Below, piece by piece: positions 10,464-20,963 of a stretch of 64,000 nt of DNA; the first letter of the stretch is position 1; every line of letters begins with the position of its first letter. Under the pieces are notes generated by a model that did no database searches, was not told the origin of the DNA, and saw only the letters and a program-made list of their open reading frames with translations. This DNA comes from a virus. A program made the position numbers and the translations under genes. The DNA is taken from the IMG/VR virus record IMGVR_UViG_3300029319_000007; one strand, 5' to 3'.

Positions 10464-11906
10464 TTATTGAGACTTGTATCTTATGATAACAATTCCTGAA
10501 CCACCTGCAGCACCTGGCGCACTATTACCGCCTGACGCCCCACCAGCACCACCTCCTGTATTAGCAGAACCTGCATTACCGTTTTGTGTTGCTTGAGGTG
10601 TTGGTGAACCTTGAGTGACACCGTAACCACCAGCACCACCGCCACCTGAACCGCCTGCCGCTTGAACTGGTGCAAAAGGCGAAACACTTGGGTTATTCGA
10701 ATAACGAGAACCCCCACCGCCGCCACCTGCTCGTGTGACATTTGAACCTGTTATAGTATTTGGTGAACCAGCGCCACCTGCACCTCCACCACCAGGAGAT
10801 GAATCTCCATTACCAGCAGCGCCACCTGCACCGCCACCACCTCCACTTGTTGCTTGAGGAGTAGGTCCTGTGCCTGTGCCACCATTATTACCTTGTGAAG
10901 GACTTACTGGAGGTGTGTTGCCTGAACCACCTGATGTGCCTGGTCCACTTGCACCCCCACCTGATCCGCCATCACTACCATTTGTGACTTCTTTACCACC
11001 TTTACCACCACCAGTAGATGTAATTGTTGAGAAAACTGAATTTGATCCATTACCAGCACAGTTTGCAAAAGCGTTTGGCGCCCCAGCAGTACCACCTGCA
11101 CCTACTGTAATAGGATATGTTTGAACTGATACAGGAAAAGCACCTGCATTACAACCAGGACTAGGAAAAGATGTTCTATGACCACCTGCACCTCCGCCAC
11201 CGCCACCTGATCCGCCACCACCAGCGACTACTAAGTAATCTACTGCTGTTGACCCAGCAGGTAAACCTGCGTTTGATACGACAAAGTTTCCATCACCTGT
11301 AAATGTGTGAACTCTAAAATCTCCTGTTGTTGTGACTGTGCCACCTGTTGCCTCTACAAAAGGTGTTTGTAAAGAAGTAATATTACTTTCATTATAATAC
11401 AACCAACCTTTTGTTGCGTCAACATATACTAATCTGATTGACGCTTTATCTGTTTTTAATAAACCATTAGCAGTATTACCTTGTATCTTATGACCATTGC
11501 GATTAATTGTCACACCATTTGAACCAAATGTGCCTGCATAATCTTTTATTGCGATATAATGACCTGCACTTGCACTACTAGGTAATGTGACTGTGTGTGT
11601 TGCTGATGATGTATCTATAAAATAACCACGACCTGAAACCATTGTAGTCGTTGTAGATCCGTCTGCTGTTATAACTGCTTGCCAATCTATAGTTGGCACA
11701 CTACCTGAAGCACCTAATGTTATTGATTGACCACCAACTGTTATAGCACTATTTGCCAATTTAGCGTTTGCAATAGAACCTGCAAGTTTTGCTGTTGCGA
11801 TAGAACCTGGTGCAATATCTGCTGTTCTTAATGTTCCGTCATCAATCTTTGCTGCTGTGACTGAACTATCTGTTAAACCTGATGTTGTGACTTTAGTTAT
11901 TGCCAT
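10464..11906 (-). CDS. Glycine-rich tail fibre/adhesin, paralog 3
   Basis: Same architecture as paralog 1. Confidence 0.8.
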   Translation of the reverse strand: MAITKVTTSGLTDSSVTAAKIDDGTLRTADIAPGSIATAKLAGSIANAKLANSAITVGGQSITLGASGSVPTIDWQAVITADGSTTTTMVSGRGYFIDTSSATHTVTLPSSASAGHYIAIKDYAGTFGSNGVTINRNGHKIQGNTANGLLKTDKASIRLVYVDATKGWLYYNESNITSLQTPFVEATGGTVTTTGDFRVHTFTGDGNFVVSNAGLPAGSTAVDYLVVAGGGGSGGGGGGAGGHRTSFPSPGCNAGAFPVSVQTYPITVGAGGTAGAPNAFANCAGNGSNSVFSTITSTGGGKGGKEVTNGSDGGSGGGASGPGTSGGSGNTPPVSPSQGNNGGTGTGPTPQATSGGGGGAGGAAGNGDSSPGGGGAGGAGSPNTITGSNVTRAGGGGGGSRYSNNPSVSPFAPVQAAGGSGGGGAGGYGVTQGSPTPQATQNGNAGSANTGGGAGGASGGNSAPGAAGGSGIVIIRYKSQ

Positions 11907-11908
11907 TT

Positions 11909-13414
11909 TTATCCTGACTGATACTTATATCTTACTATTACTACGCCTGAACCTCCAGCGCCGCCTGGGTTAGAACTACCACCACAGAATCCTGGTGAAC
12001 TACCTGCACCTCCACCGCCCCCTTTATTAGCAGAACCAGCGTTGCCTGCAGTATTTCCTGATGGACCTGAAGCACCTCCGCCACCAGGACCAGCAGAACC
12101 TTGATCATATGAAACTCCGTGTATCGCACAAGCAGTACCACCGCCACCACCAGCATATCCTACAGGAGAACCTGTGATATGAGTAGTTGCACCGTTACCG
12201 CCATTACCAGCAACACCAGAACCTCCAGCAGAACCACCGTTACCGCCAGCGCCTCCACCACCACCTGAACCTGGTGTGTTAGTCGCATAATTACCTTGAC
12301 CACCTGGATTGCCTTGTGATGGACTCACGGGTGGTGTATTACCTGCACCAACAACTGCTCTTGGAGGTGGACTACTATTTTGTCCTGCACCACCGCCTGA
12401 ACCACCAGCGCCGCCGTCTGCAACTGGATTAGGTTGAGCGTCTCCTTGTTTTGCACCAGAACCGCCACCGGCAGATGTGATTGTACTAAAAACTGAATTT
12501 GAACCTGCGTTTCCTCTACTACTACCAGGATGTGGACTACCACCTGCACCACCGCCACCTACTGTGACTGGATAAGAACCAGGCGAAGCAGAAACAGTTA
12601 AACCTGCTGGTGCGTTTAGAGGAGAAACTGTGTATGAAGATTTAGGTGCGTCTTTACCTTCTCTAAATCCTCCAGCACCACCACCGGCGCCACCAGCGCC
12701 TGCACCTGAACCACCACCTGCAATGACTAGATATGAAACTTTATCCCCACCACCAGCAGAATTACCTACTGACGCAACAGAGAAAGTGCCATCACCTGTG
12801 AAAGTGTGTATCTTATCATTACCTGAAGTTGTGACTGTGCCACCTGTAGCAGATGTGAATGTTGCTTTTTGTAGATCAGAAACATCATGTTCGTCTGTGA
12901 ATAACCAACCTTTTGTACTATCTACATAAACCATTGTGACTGACTTACGATTAGTTTTTAATAAACTATCAGCAGCAAGACCTTGTATGTTATGACTATT
13001 TCTTTGTACTGTCGTATTATTAGTGCCAAAATTACCAGCATAATCTTTAATAATAATTGTATCACCTCTAGAAGCACTCGCAGGTAATTTTACTAAACCA
13101 GCAGCACTAGAGTTATCTACAAAATATCCTTGACCTGCAACCATTGTAGTCACAGTAGAACCATCAGAAGTAATCTTTGATTGCCAATCTACATCAACAC
13201 CTACAGTATGTGAACCACCCAAAGAAACTGAGGTTCCTCTAATTGTTATTGCTGAGTTTGCTAATTTTGCATTTGTGATTGCGTCATCTGCTAATCTATC
13301 TGACGCTACATTACAATCAGGAAAGTCTGCGGCAACAAGAACTCCGTCAGCAACTTTTGCTGCTGTGACAGCACTTGAATCTAATGCGTTTTTAGGAAGT
13401 TTCGTTATTGCCAT
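11909..13414 (-). CDS. Glycine-rich tail fibre/adhesin, paralog 4
   Basis: Same architecture as paralog 1; TATAAATA 5 nt before the ATG. Confidence 0.8.
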   Translation of the reverse strand: MAITKLPKNALDSSAVTAAKVADGVLVAADFPDCNVASDRLADDAITNAKLANSAITIRGTSVSLGGSHTVGVDVDWQSKITSDGSTVTTMVAGQGYFVDNSSAAGLVKLPASASRGDTIIIKDYAGNFGTNNTTVQRNSHNIQGLAADSLLKTNRKSVTMVYVDSTKGWLFTDEHDVSDLQKATFTSATGGTVTTSGNDKIHTFTGDGTFSVASVGNSAGGGDKVSYLVIAGGGSGAGAGGAGGGAGGFREGKDAPKSSYTVSPLNAPAGLTVSASPGSYPVTVGGGGAGGSPHPGSSRGNAGSNSVFSTITSAGGGSGAKQGDAQPNPVADGGAGGSGGGAGQNSSPPPRAVVGAGNTPPVSPSQGNPGGQGNYATNTPGSGGGGGAGGNGGSAGGSGVAGNGGNGATTHITGSPVGYAGGGGGTACAIHGVSYDQGSAGPGGGGASGPSGNTAGNAGSANKGGGGGAGSSPGFCGGSSNPGGAGGSGVVIVRYKYQSG

Positions 13415-13422
13415 ATGACTAT

Positions 13423-13983
13423 TTATATCAATTGATAGTGAGTTGATAAATTTACAAGAAACCCACTATTTTTGTTTGTTTCAATATAATGTTCAATATC
13501 TGAACTAAACAATATAAATTGATTATATTTTATCTCTTGTTTCCACAATCTATGTTTATTTCTACCATCATCATATTTAAATATCACATTACATGGTTCT
13601 GGTGTTTCTGATACACAATATAAACAAGATATATCTGGTGAGTTTTCTAAATCCCATGGATTTACATGATTATGATAATTAATATTTTCACCTGATTGTT
13701 GAATGATTGCTCGAACATTTAAATCTGTTTTAGTTGGAGGAACAAGTGTTCTACCATGCAATTCTCTAAAATGATCTCTTATGTAATCAAAGAACCATTG
13801 TATGTGTTGATGATACGGTAAAGCGATATAATCATCTAAATGCCAAAATTGATCGTCTGTAAGTTTGTTTTCTAAACTAAAATTAGTTAAACAATGATTT
13901 TCAATTAGTTTTGGTTTTAAAAATGAGATATCACTTACCGTACCTGCGACTAAAAATTTTTCGCTTAAAAGTATTTTTTCCAT
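13423..13983 (-). CDS. Divergent 2OG-Fe(II) oxygenase
   Basis: YHNH, ISCLYCV, FILFSSDIEHYIE follow the pattern of the other oxygenases. Confidence 0.65.
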   Translation of the reverse strand: MEKILLSEKFLVAGTVSDISFLKPKLIENHCLTNFSLENKLTDDQFWHLDDYIALPYHQHIQWFFDYIRDHFRELHGRTLVPPTKTDLNVRAIIQQSGENINYHNHVNPWDLENSPDISCLYCVSETPEPCNVIFKYDDGRNKHRLWKQEIKYNQFILFSSDIEHYIETNKNSGFLVNLSTHYQLI

Positions 13984-14001
13984 AACAACACCATAACAAT
14001 C

Positions 14002-14541
14002 TTATTGTGCAGCCCAAGATTTAGATGAACTATTCCATTCATATACTTTTGAAGTATCTGAACTTGCAGGTCTAGTTGCTTCCCAACCTTTTGCATTGTT
14101 TGCTTGATATGCTGCTTCATCCCAATAGATACTATATCTTTGAGTTGAACTATCTGTTTCTGTATAAGTCTCTACAGTTGGATAAGTTATTGGTGCATCC
14201 CAACCAGCAGTTGATGTATTCTTCGACCAACTAGTATATGGTTGTGGACCAAAAAATAATTGATTATCTTCATCCCATGAGTAACCTACACCTGCATAGT
14301 TGCCTCTAAATGCTTTTGATTGATCACTAGACAGATTGCCATCAGCGTCATAGTGTTTTCCACCTCTAGTGTTATAAGATGTTTGAATCCACATTTGGGC
14401 AGGCCATCCGTGTATCTCTTGTAATCTTTGTTGACCTACTGATTCATCTTCTTGATTATCAGCATTCAACATATCACTATTATTCAAAACATGAACAGCG
14501 ATTACTTTACCGTTCACACCTAGTTTTGCAAAATGTGCCAT
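14002..14541 (-). CDS. Fibre-associated protein (MAHFA family)
   Basis: MAHFAKL..WIQTSYNTRGG..FRGNYAGVGY..PQPYTSW; typically next to Gly-rich fibres. Confidence 0.7.
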   Translation of the reverse strand: MAHFAKLGVNGKVIAVHVLNNSDMLNADNQEDESVGQQRLQEIHGWPAQMWIQTSYNTRGGKHYDADGNLSSDQSKAFRGNYAGVGYSWDEDNQLFFGPQPYTSWSKNTSTAGWDAPITYPTVETYTETDSSTQRYSIYWDEAAYQANNAKGWEATRPASSDTSKVYEWNSSSKSWAAQ

Positions 14542-14603
14542 TTTATTCTCCTTTTAATTATGAACTACCTCTCACAAGTCAGTCCAATATTATACTAAAC
14601 TAT

Positions 14604-16022
14604 TTATTGAAACTTGTATCTAATAATGACAACACCTGAACCACCAGCAGAACCTGCCTGTGCCCCCGAAGCACCGCCTCCACCACCGCCTCTATTTGCA
14701 GTAGCAGATGTTGCTGCTGAACCGTTATCAGCACCATTACCTGCACCAGTACCACCGGTGCCTTTCGAAGTGTTCCAAGTAGGATTACTTAGACCACCAC
14801 CGCCACCGCCGCCACTATAAACTACAGGCGAACCAGTAATGTGATTTGTTGCACCAGCACCTCCAGCACCAGCAGCATTTCCTGGCACATTTAAATCTGC
14901 ACCATCATTACCACTACCAGAACCACCGCCTGCACCACCTCTTACAGAAGGCACACTGCCTTGATTACCTCGACCACCGTCACCTCCTTGAGGCGGACTC
15001 ACAGGTGGTGTATTACCATTACCTCGTCCTTGATTCCAACCGCCGCCACCGCCAGATCCACCATTCTCAGCAGAATCGCCAGGACCACCTGATCCTCCTC
15101 TACCGCCACCAGCGGATGTGATTGTTGAGAAAACTGAATTTGAACCACTTGCACTTGAACTAGGTCCAGGTGCAGCACCGCCACCACCTACTGTGATAGG
15201 AAAAGTTGCTGCTGTAATTGGAACACCTGATGTTGAACTATTTGGGTGTACAGTATATGAACCATGATTACCTGTTTTAGCAGAACGAAGACCTCCGCCT
15301 CCACCTCCACCTGCTTGTTCACCGGGTGTGTTTCCACCACCGCCGCCACCAGCAAGAACAAGATAATCAATAGTGTTATTAGGTCCTAAATTTGATACAA
15401 CAAAGTTTCCATCACCAGTAAATGTATGTATCTTCTCATCACCTGATGTTGTGATTGTACCACCTGTAGCAACAATTTGTGTTTGTAAATCTGCAACATT
15501 TGATTCTACTATAACTAACCAACCCTTTGTTGCGTCAATGTAAACATATGTGACTGCTGCTCTGTTTGTTTTTATTTCTTGATCATTAGCAACACCTTGA
15601 ATGTTATGACCATTTCTCTGAACTGTTAAACTGTTTGTGCCAAAATTACCAGCATAGTCTTTTACAATAATAGTATCGCCTGCACTAGCACTAGCAGGTA
15701 GTTTTACTAAACCTGCCGCACTTGAATTATTTACGAAATATCCTCTACCCGCCACCATTGTAGTCACAGTAGAACCATCTGAAACAACAACTGACTGCCA
15801 TGCTATTTTACCTACATCAGCAGAAGCACCTAATGCTGTTGCTGAACTATTAATAGTAATCGATTCGTTTGCTAATTTTGCGTTTGCAATAGAACCTGCT
15901 AATTTTGCATTTGTTAAAGTACCTGGTGCAAAATCAACATTAGCAAGACCACCATCTGCTACTTCAGTAGTAGTGATTGATTCGTCTGTTAATCCGTTTG
16001 TTGTGACTTTTGTTAAGGGCAT
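14604..16022 (-). CDS. Glycine-rich tail fibre/adhesin, paralog 5
   Basis: Start corrected to 16022 (MPLTKVTTNGLTD aligns with the paralog 3 N-terminus and follows the upstream stop). Confidence 0.8.
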   Translation of the reverse strand: MPLTKVTTNGLTDESITTTEVADGGLANVDFAPGTLTNAKLAGSIANAKLANESITINSSATALGASADVGKIAWQSVVVSDGSTVTTMVAGRGYFVNNSSAAGLVKLPASASAGDTIIVKDYAGNFGTNSLTVQRNGHNIQGVANDQEIKTNRAAVTYVYIDATKGWLVIVESNVADLQTQIVATGGTITTSGDEKIHTFTGDGNFVVSNLGPNNTIDYLVLAGGGGGGNTPGEQAGGGGGGGLRSAKTGNHGSYTVHPNSSTSGVPITAATFPITVGGGGAAPGPSSSASGSNSVFSTITSAGGGRGGSGGPGDSAENGGSGGGGGWNQGRGNGNTPPVSPPQGGDGGRGNQGSVPSVRGGAGGGSGSGNDGADLNVPGNAAGAGGAGATNHITGSPVVYSGGGGGGGLSNPTWNTSKGTGGTGAGNGADNGSAATSATANRGGGGGGASGAQAGSAGGSGVVIIRYKFQ

Positions 16023-16023
16023 A

Positions 16024-17106
16024 TTATACTGCTGTTGTAGGCACTCCGTCTGATGAAACAAATGGGTGTTCAGCTATAGCCCACATTAACATTGTATCAG
16101 AACCGCCATTTATTTTTTGGTTATTACCTCTTATCTTGATACCATTACTACAAAAATCTAAAACAGTTGAAGTTGAAACACTATCGTGGGCATTGTTTAA
16201 GTTTATGTATAATTGAATATTTTTAGGGTTGAAAGGATGCCTTTCACTATCCCAAACTGTTTTATCTCTTGAACCACTTTCACCATTTATTATGATACAA
16301 TATTTTGGTTTAAATCCTAGATATACAAATGGTGCTGAAGCACCAGATTGTGATTGACCTTCATATCTTACCACTTTTGAATAACCTGGTATGTTTCGAA
16401 AACAATACATGATATAATTATCACCATCTGAATTTGTACCACTATTTGTTCCTACTGTCACATTAGTTGAATCTGGTTTTGTGCTGTTAAATGCAGTTGC
16501 ATTTGTAGCAAGTGGGTCTGTATTGTTCATATAAATTATTTGATTATCATTATCCATAACATCTGTCCAATGTGAGAACCAAGAGTTGCCACCACCACCT
16601 CTATTTTTTACTATAACTAAATTAGGTGCTGCACCTAAACCATGTGCAATCGTTCCGTTAGAACCTGTTCCTACATAATCAATAATTGAAAAACCTGCTG
16701 TAGTATTTGTTTGTCTATTACCACCAGGATTAGAACCACTTTCGTTAAAAGATGTTGTTGTACCACCATTACATTTCCATTGCCAAGCAACATAAGTTGC
16801 ACTCGATTGGTTATAGTTTTGGTCAGTCGAATCTACATCAAAACCATTTGTTTCAAAAGTAAATTTAGCAGGACTATGTGTATCCTCTGCGTCAGTTTCA
16901 TGAAACTTTAATTGTTTATCAGAACCTCTATTTGAATCAAAGACGACATGATTGTCTGCTAAACTTGTAGGTTTAACCCACAACCAGTCGGGTTTAAAAT
17001 CACCTGCGTTAGCAGAATTTCTAACTTGTAATCCACTACTACCACTACCTGTGTAATGATTGATAGTGAAGTATTCTGAAGGATCATCTATTGTTGTATA
17101 TGCCAT
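16024..17106 (-). CDS. Tail-fibre-associated beta-rich protein
   Basis: KPDWLWVK, YVAWQWK, AGFSIIDYVGTG..IAHGLG..P, FVYLGFKP repeats typical of marine phage fibres. Confidence 0.7.
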   Translation of the reverse strand: MAYTTIDDPSEYFTINHYTGSGSSGLQVRNSANAGDFKPDWLWVKPTSLADNHVVFDSNRGSDKQLKFHETDAEDTHSPAKFTFETNGFDVDSTDQNYNQSSATYVAWQWKCNGGTTTSFNESGSNPGGNRQTNTTAGFSIIDYVGTGSNGTIAHGLGAAPNLVIVKNRGGGGNSWFSHWTDVMDNDNQIIYMNNTDPLATNATAFNSTKPDSTNVTVGTNSGTNSDGDNYIMYCFRNIPGYSKVVRYEGQSQSGASAPFVYLGFKPKYCIIINGESGSRDKTVWDSERHPFNPKNIQLYINLNNAHDSVSTSTVLDFCSNGIKIRGNNQKINGGSDTMLMWAIAEHPFVSSDGVPTTAV

Positions 17107-17107
17107 T

Positions 17108-18574
17108 TTAACCGTACTCCGCTAAATTTTTTGTGTTTAATGCATAGTAACCACTAGGAGGTGAGTAGTAAAAATCACCATAACTATTTCCGTCTGCGTT
17201 ACCTTGTGCAGTTGCTTTACCTGCAAAACTTCCATCTTGACCAAAGTTCCAAACAGATTGTGCGCCACCACCGCCGCCACCATCATATCCTAACATCATA
17301 ACACCTACAGCAGTTGATAGTGTCCATGACAATTGTTCGTTAGAACCACTTGCAGGATTACCACTATTGATGTATGTGCCATTTCTACCTATCCATAATT
17401 TTCTATTATCTAAGTCTAAAGCAAATTGCACTATATCATTATCTGCAAAAGTAGGCCAACCTGTATTTGTATTTGTTATAGAACCTAAAAATGTATTACT
17501 TTGATTATTTGTGGCACCATCTATTTCAAAACCTGCTGCCATCTTACTACCATTTGCATTTTTTTGATTTAAATTTCTTTGATCTACAATACCAAAGAAA
17601 GGATAGTCACCACCACTTGGACTTTCTAAATACAATTCAACATACCATTTACCTTTATCAGGCATAATTGTTGGGGCAATACCTGCACTATCACTTGTAC
17701 CATGTGCATATTGTTGTAAATTACCTTCACGCATTTCTGGTTCATCAGCACCTGCTGTTAGTAAATTCATTACTGCATAATTATTTGTGCAAGTGTCTGT
17801 CACAATATCTGTGGCTGCAAGATTAGTCACCGTAAAATGTTTATCATTACCAGATGTATCTGCACCTATACCACTAGAGTTTGCACTTGTGCCTGTTTGT
17901 TTAAATTGTAAAAAATGGCCATTGTTTCCATAAGTTCCTGTGTATGCTTTTGGAACCCAAACACCGTTAGTATTAAATTCTCCGAAAAAACTAGCATCAT
18001 ATTCTACACCATCGATAACATTTACCTCAGTAATATAACCATCATAGTATTGTGATGAACCCTCTCTTGTTCCTATAAAAACAGTAGTGTTATCATTAAA
18101 ATGTTTAAATGTTGAATCCCAAGTTGCAGTTGAAGCCCAATCTGTATATCTTGTTCCGTTAATATACAATTTTACTCTATCTTCGTTTGTACTATTATCT
18201 GAATCCGTTGAAACTACTATATGATACCACGCTGATACATCTCTAAATACACGGTTTGTCATTCGTGAACCTGCGTCACTTCCACCTGAAACATTTATGA
18301 TTTCTAATCCAGCAGGTGCTGTACCTGCATCATTTGCTCTCAAATTAATACGAAAATAATTGTTAGCGTCAACATAGTGATTGTATAATATTTGTTGAGC
18401 TGCTATTGAACCTCTTTTAATCCAAAAAGAAAATGTGCCATTAGTATTACTACCACTTGCACTAGAACCTAATGCTAATCTTAAATCAGGACTATCATCA
18501 TCATTAAACCTAAGCGAATTACTTATTTCGTATGCTGCTGATTCTGTATTGGCACCTAGTATAGGGAATACCAT
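17108..18574 (-). CDS. ConA/LamG + SPRY-like receptor-binding protein
   Basis: NSLRFN, TFSFWIKR, FRDVSAWYHIV, GKWYVE, ALDLDNRKLWIGRNG, PPSGYYALNTKNL. Confidence 0.75.
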   Translation of the reverse strand: MVFPILGANTESAAYEISNSLRFNDDDSPDLRLALGSSASGSNTNGTFSFWIKRGSIAAQQILYNHYVDANNYFRINLRANDAGTAPAGLEIINVSGGSDAGSRMTNRVFRDVSAWYHIVVSTDSDNSTNEDRVKLYINGTRYTDWASTATWDSTFKHFNDNTTVFIGTREGSSQYYDGYITEVNVIDGVEYDASFFGEFNTNGVWVPKAYTGTYGNNGHFLQFKQTGTSANSSGIGADTSGNDKHFTVTNLAATDIVTDTCTNNYAVMNLLTAGADEPEMREGNLQQYAHGTSDSAGIAPTIMPDKGKWYVELYLESPSGGDYPFFGIVDQRNLNQKNANGSKMAAGFEIDGATNNQSNTFLGSITNTNTGWPTFADNDIVQFALDLDNRKLWIGRNGTYINSGNPASGSNEQLSWTLSTAVGVMMLGYDGGGGGGAQSVWNFGQDGSFAGKATAQGNADGNSYGDFYYSPPSGYYALNTKNLAEYG

Positions 18575-18578
18575 TATA

Positions 18579-19199
18579 TTACTCCTTTACTGGAAATTCG
18601 CCTAATGGTCTTGATGTCACTCCGTCTGTGGTTGTGTAAGTAAATAATGCTGCTAATGCGTCAACATTTGCTGCGTTATCTATTTGTGTTTGCATTGAAT
18701 TACATTTTGTTCTCATATTACCACGCCAAGTTTTCCAACCACTATCCATTGCACTTCCAGTTTCTTGTTCTTTAATTACTCTCCAATCACTTGGTTGTAA
18801 GAGAGCATGACATTGTTGTTCAATGCCATTTTTCTTAATTGTTTTTAAACCTTCTTGTTTTAAATCACCTACATCTTTACCTGTGGGTATGTCACCATTA
18901 GATTTATCTGTATTAGTGTATAGTAAATCTACTAAAGATTTCGCCGTTGCTGTACCATAAGAACCTTTTACTTTATCAGCGCTACTATCATAACTGTAAG
19001 TGATCGCAGTATTCAAATAGTATTCATCACTTTTTTTATTTGTTTCATCAATCTCTACTGTATAAACACCAATAGCATTTCTTTCTGCTTCTGTCCATAA
19101 TGAAAATATACTAGCAGGATGTTTTAAATCACCTATAGTAATACCTTTATTGCCATTTGGCATTGATGTAATTTTTCCTGATTCTACTACTGCGAACAT
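18579..19199 (-). CDS. Tail-fibre assembly chaperone-like protein
   Basis: LLQPSDWRVIK..WKTWRGNMR motif. Confidence 0.65.
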   Translation of the reverse strand: MFAVVESGKITSMPNGNKGITIGDLKHPASIFSLWTEAERNAIGVYTVEIDETNKKSDEYYLNTAITYSYDSSADKVKGSYGTATAKSLVDLLYTNTDKSNGDIPTGKDVGDLKQEGLKTIKKNGIEQQCHALLQPSDWRVIKEQETGSAMDSGWKTWRGNMRTKCNSMQTQIDNAANVDALAALFTYTTTDGVTSRPLGEFPVKE

Positions 19200-19207
19200 T
19201 ATAACTC

Positions 19208-20212
19208 CTATGATAAGGTTAGGTTTAAGTTTCTACCTACCTCTAAAAATTTTGATCCATTATATCTAAACACAAATAAGTCACCCTTTGCTGCTGTTGT
19301 TGTAAGTGTTGGTGCTGTGTCATCTTTAAACTCGTATGCCGCATTGAACGATAATGTTCTACTACCTGTACCATCTTGTATTACAAGTAAAGAAATAAAT
19401 TGTCCTGTTTGTGCATTTGTTGCTGCACCTAATGCTCTACTAGCACCTAGTGTCACCTTTGCAACAGGACTTGTGCCTACATCCCAAGATATTGTTGAAG
19501 CGTCTGTTAGTGTTGCTTCTGGATGTAATGCTGCTCTTGTGAAAGATGTAAAACCTACACCGGAACCATCATCAAATTTTACTAACTCATTACCATCAAA
19601 CTGTTGAATGACAATATCTTTTGCGTCAACCATTGGTTTTAAAACTGTATCACCACTTGAACTTTTTATTTGTAAGTGATTTGTATTTGCAATCTTAATA
19701 TCAATCTGATCGTCAGTTGTACCTGCTGTAATTGTTGTATCAGCGTCAGCGTCTAATATTAAAGTAGAACCATTTAAATCTAAAGATGTTGCAACTGTTG
19801 GTGTTGTAAGTGTTGGACTTGTAAATAAATTTGCAATCGTTGCCTCTTTTAAAGCAGAGGCACTTGTATCATGTATTAAAATACTATCACCAGTTGCTGG
19901 TGCTTCACCTAAATCTGTTTGAGATGTGATTGAACTTGTTGATAATAAACCACTAGTATCTAATGCAAGACCTAAGAATATAACAAATACTGAATCGCCA
20001 CTTGCTGGGGCAGCAGTAAATACTATTTTAGTGCCACCATCTGAAATACCATAAGCACCAGTTGGGTCTTGAACAACACCTGCTACAGATACTAAAACAG
20101 AAGAACTTGAACCTACCGCATAGTTTAATGTAAATGTTGTTGTTGAACCATCAGCAGTTATCGTTTGTCTTTCAAATGCCCCATAAGAAGGTTCTCTTGC
20201 TATATATGCCAT
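19208..20212 (-). CDS. Tail fibre/virion structural protein
   Basis: DGSTTTFTL, VAGVVQDP, FTAAPASG; C-terminal LVIQDGTGSRTL domain. Confidence 0.7.
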   Translation of the reverse strand: MAYIAREPSYGAFERQTITADGSTTTFTLNYAVGSSSSVLVSVAGVVQDPTGAYGISDGGTKIVFTAAPASGDSVFVIFLGLALDTSGLLSTSSITSQTDLGEAPATGDSILIHDTSASALKEATIANLFTSPTLTTPTVATSLDLNGSTLILDADADTTITAGTTDDQIDIKIANTNHLQIKSSSGDTVLKPMVDAKDIVIQQFDGNELVKFDDGSGVGFTSFTRAALHPEATLTDASTISWDVGTSPVAKVTLGASRALGAATNAQTGQFISLLVIQDGTGSRTLSFNAAYEFKDDTAPTLTTTAAKGDLFVFRYNGSKFLEVGRNLNLTLS

Positions 20213-20233
20213 ACTCTTTTATTTATTCCTTTT

Positions 20234-20446
20234 TTATAATTTGTCCATTTCTGCTTTTACTTTAGTCCATGTTATTTCTGAGTGAGGACAAGTTGTTGTC
20301 GAAATCAGTTGACCATCAGAATCTTCTCCTGTTTTCCATGATACTTTATTAAATTCTGCTTCAGTTGTTATTTCTCCAATAAAAACCATTTCTGCATCCG
20401 CTTTTAATGTACGAACTGCTTTTACAAATTTCGATATATTATCCAT
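20234..20446 (-). CDS. Small fibre-associated protein
   Basis: ORF coupled to 20446-20955. Confidence 0.6.
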   Translation of the reverse strand: MDNISKFVKAVRTLKADAEMVFIGEITTEAEFNKVSWKTGEDSDGQLISTTTCPHSEITWTKVKAEMDKL

Positions 20447-20955
20447 TATGCTAACACCTCTAATAATTGAATATAAGATTCTTTACTATTTTGTTGAAAT
20501 CTTGCTGTACCATTACTTCCTGTATTACTAATTGCACCTTGTGTTTTATATGTCACACTACTTGTGCTTGATGGAGAGTCCACATACATTAAAGAAGTAA
20601 GTCCTCCATTTTTTATAGCACCAACACCGCCTGCTTCAATCCACCATATATTAGACCACTCATGAATTGCAGTTGAATCTCTCATTAATTTATATTTTAA
20701 CCAACCATCTTCATTGTCTCTATCAGTTGCAGATATTTGCGAAATCATAATTAAAACTTTACTAGATGTTGCTGATGGAGTTATAGAAGCCGATAGGTTG
20801 GTATCTGCTAAAGTTGTTGAAGCAATATTTGTAGCAGTAGTTGATGTTGCTTGCACGACTTGTGCTATTTTTCCAACACCACCCACAACACCTGTACTTA
20901 GCAGTTTACCTGCTGTTGTTATTAAATTTGCATGTCCTCTTGTTATTGCACCCAT
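20446..20955 (-). CDS. Fibre tip-like protein
   Basis: GKIAQVVQ..ITPSATSSKVLI..DSPSSTSSVTYK..LLEVLA. Confidence 0.65.
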   Translation of the reverse strand: MGAITRGHANLITTAGKLLSTGVVGGVGKIAQVVQATSTTATNIASTTLADTNLSASITPSATSSKVLIMISQISATDRDNEDGWLKYKLMRDSTAIHEWSNIWWIEAGGVGAIKNGGLTSLMYVDSPSSTSSVTYKTQGAISNTGSNGTARFQQNSKESYIQLLEVLA

Positions 20956-20963
20956 TTTTTATC

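Noticed and set aside
6389-15370. Poly-Pro + strand ORFs and Val/Gln-rich alternative-frame ORFs
   Set aside because: Mirror or alternative frames of the Gly-rich fibre codons
6178-16022. Diversity-generating retroelement or shufflon acting on the fibre paralogs
   Set aside because: No reverse transcriptase, recombinase, TR/VR pair with A-specific mismatches, or inverted cassette seen in the window
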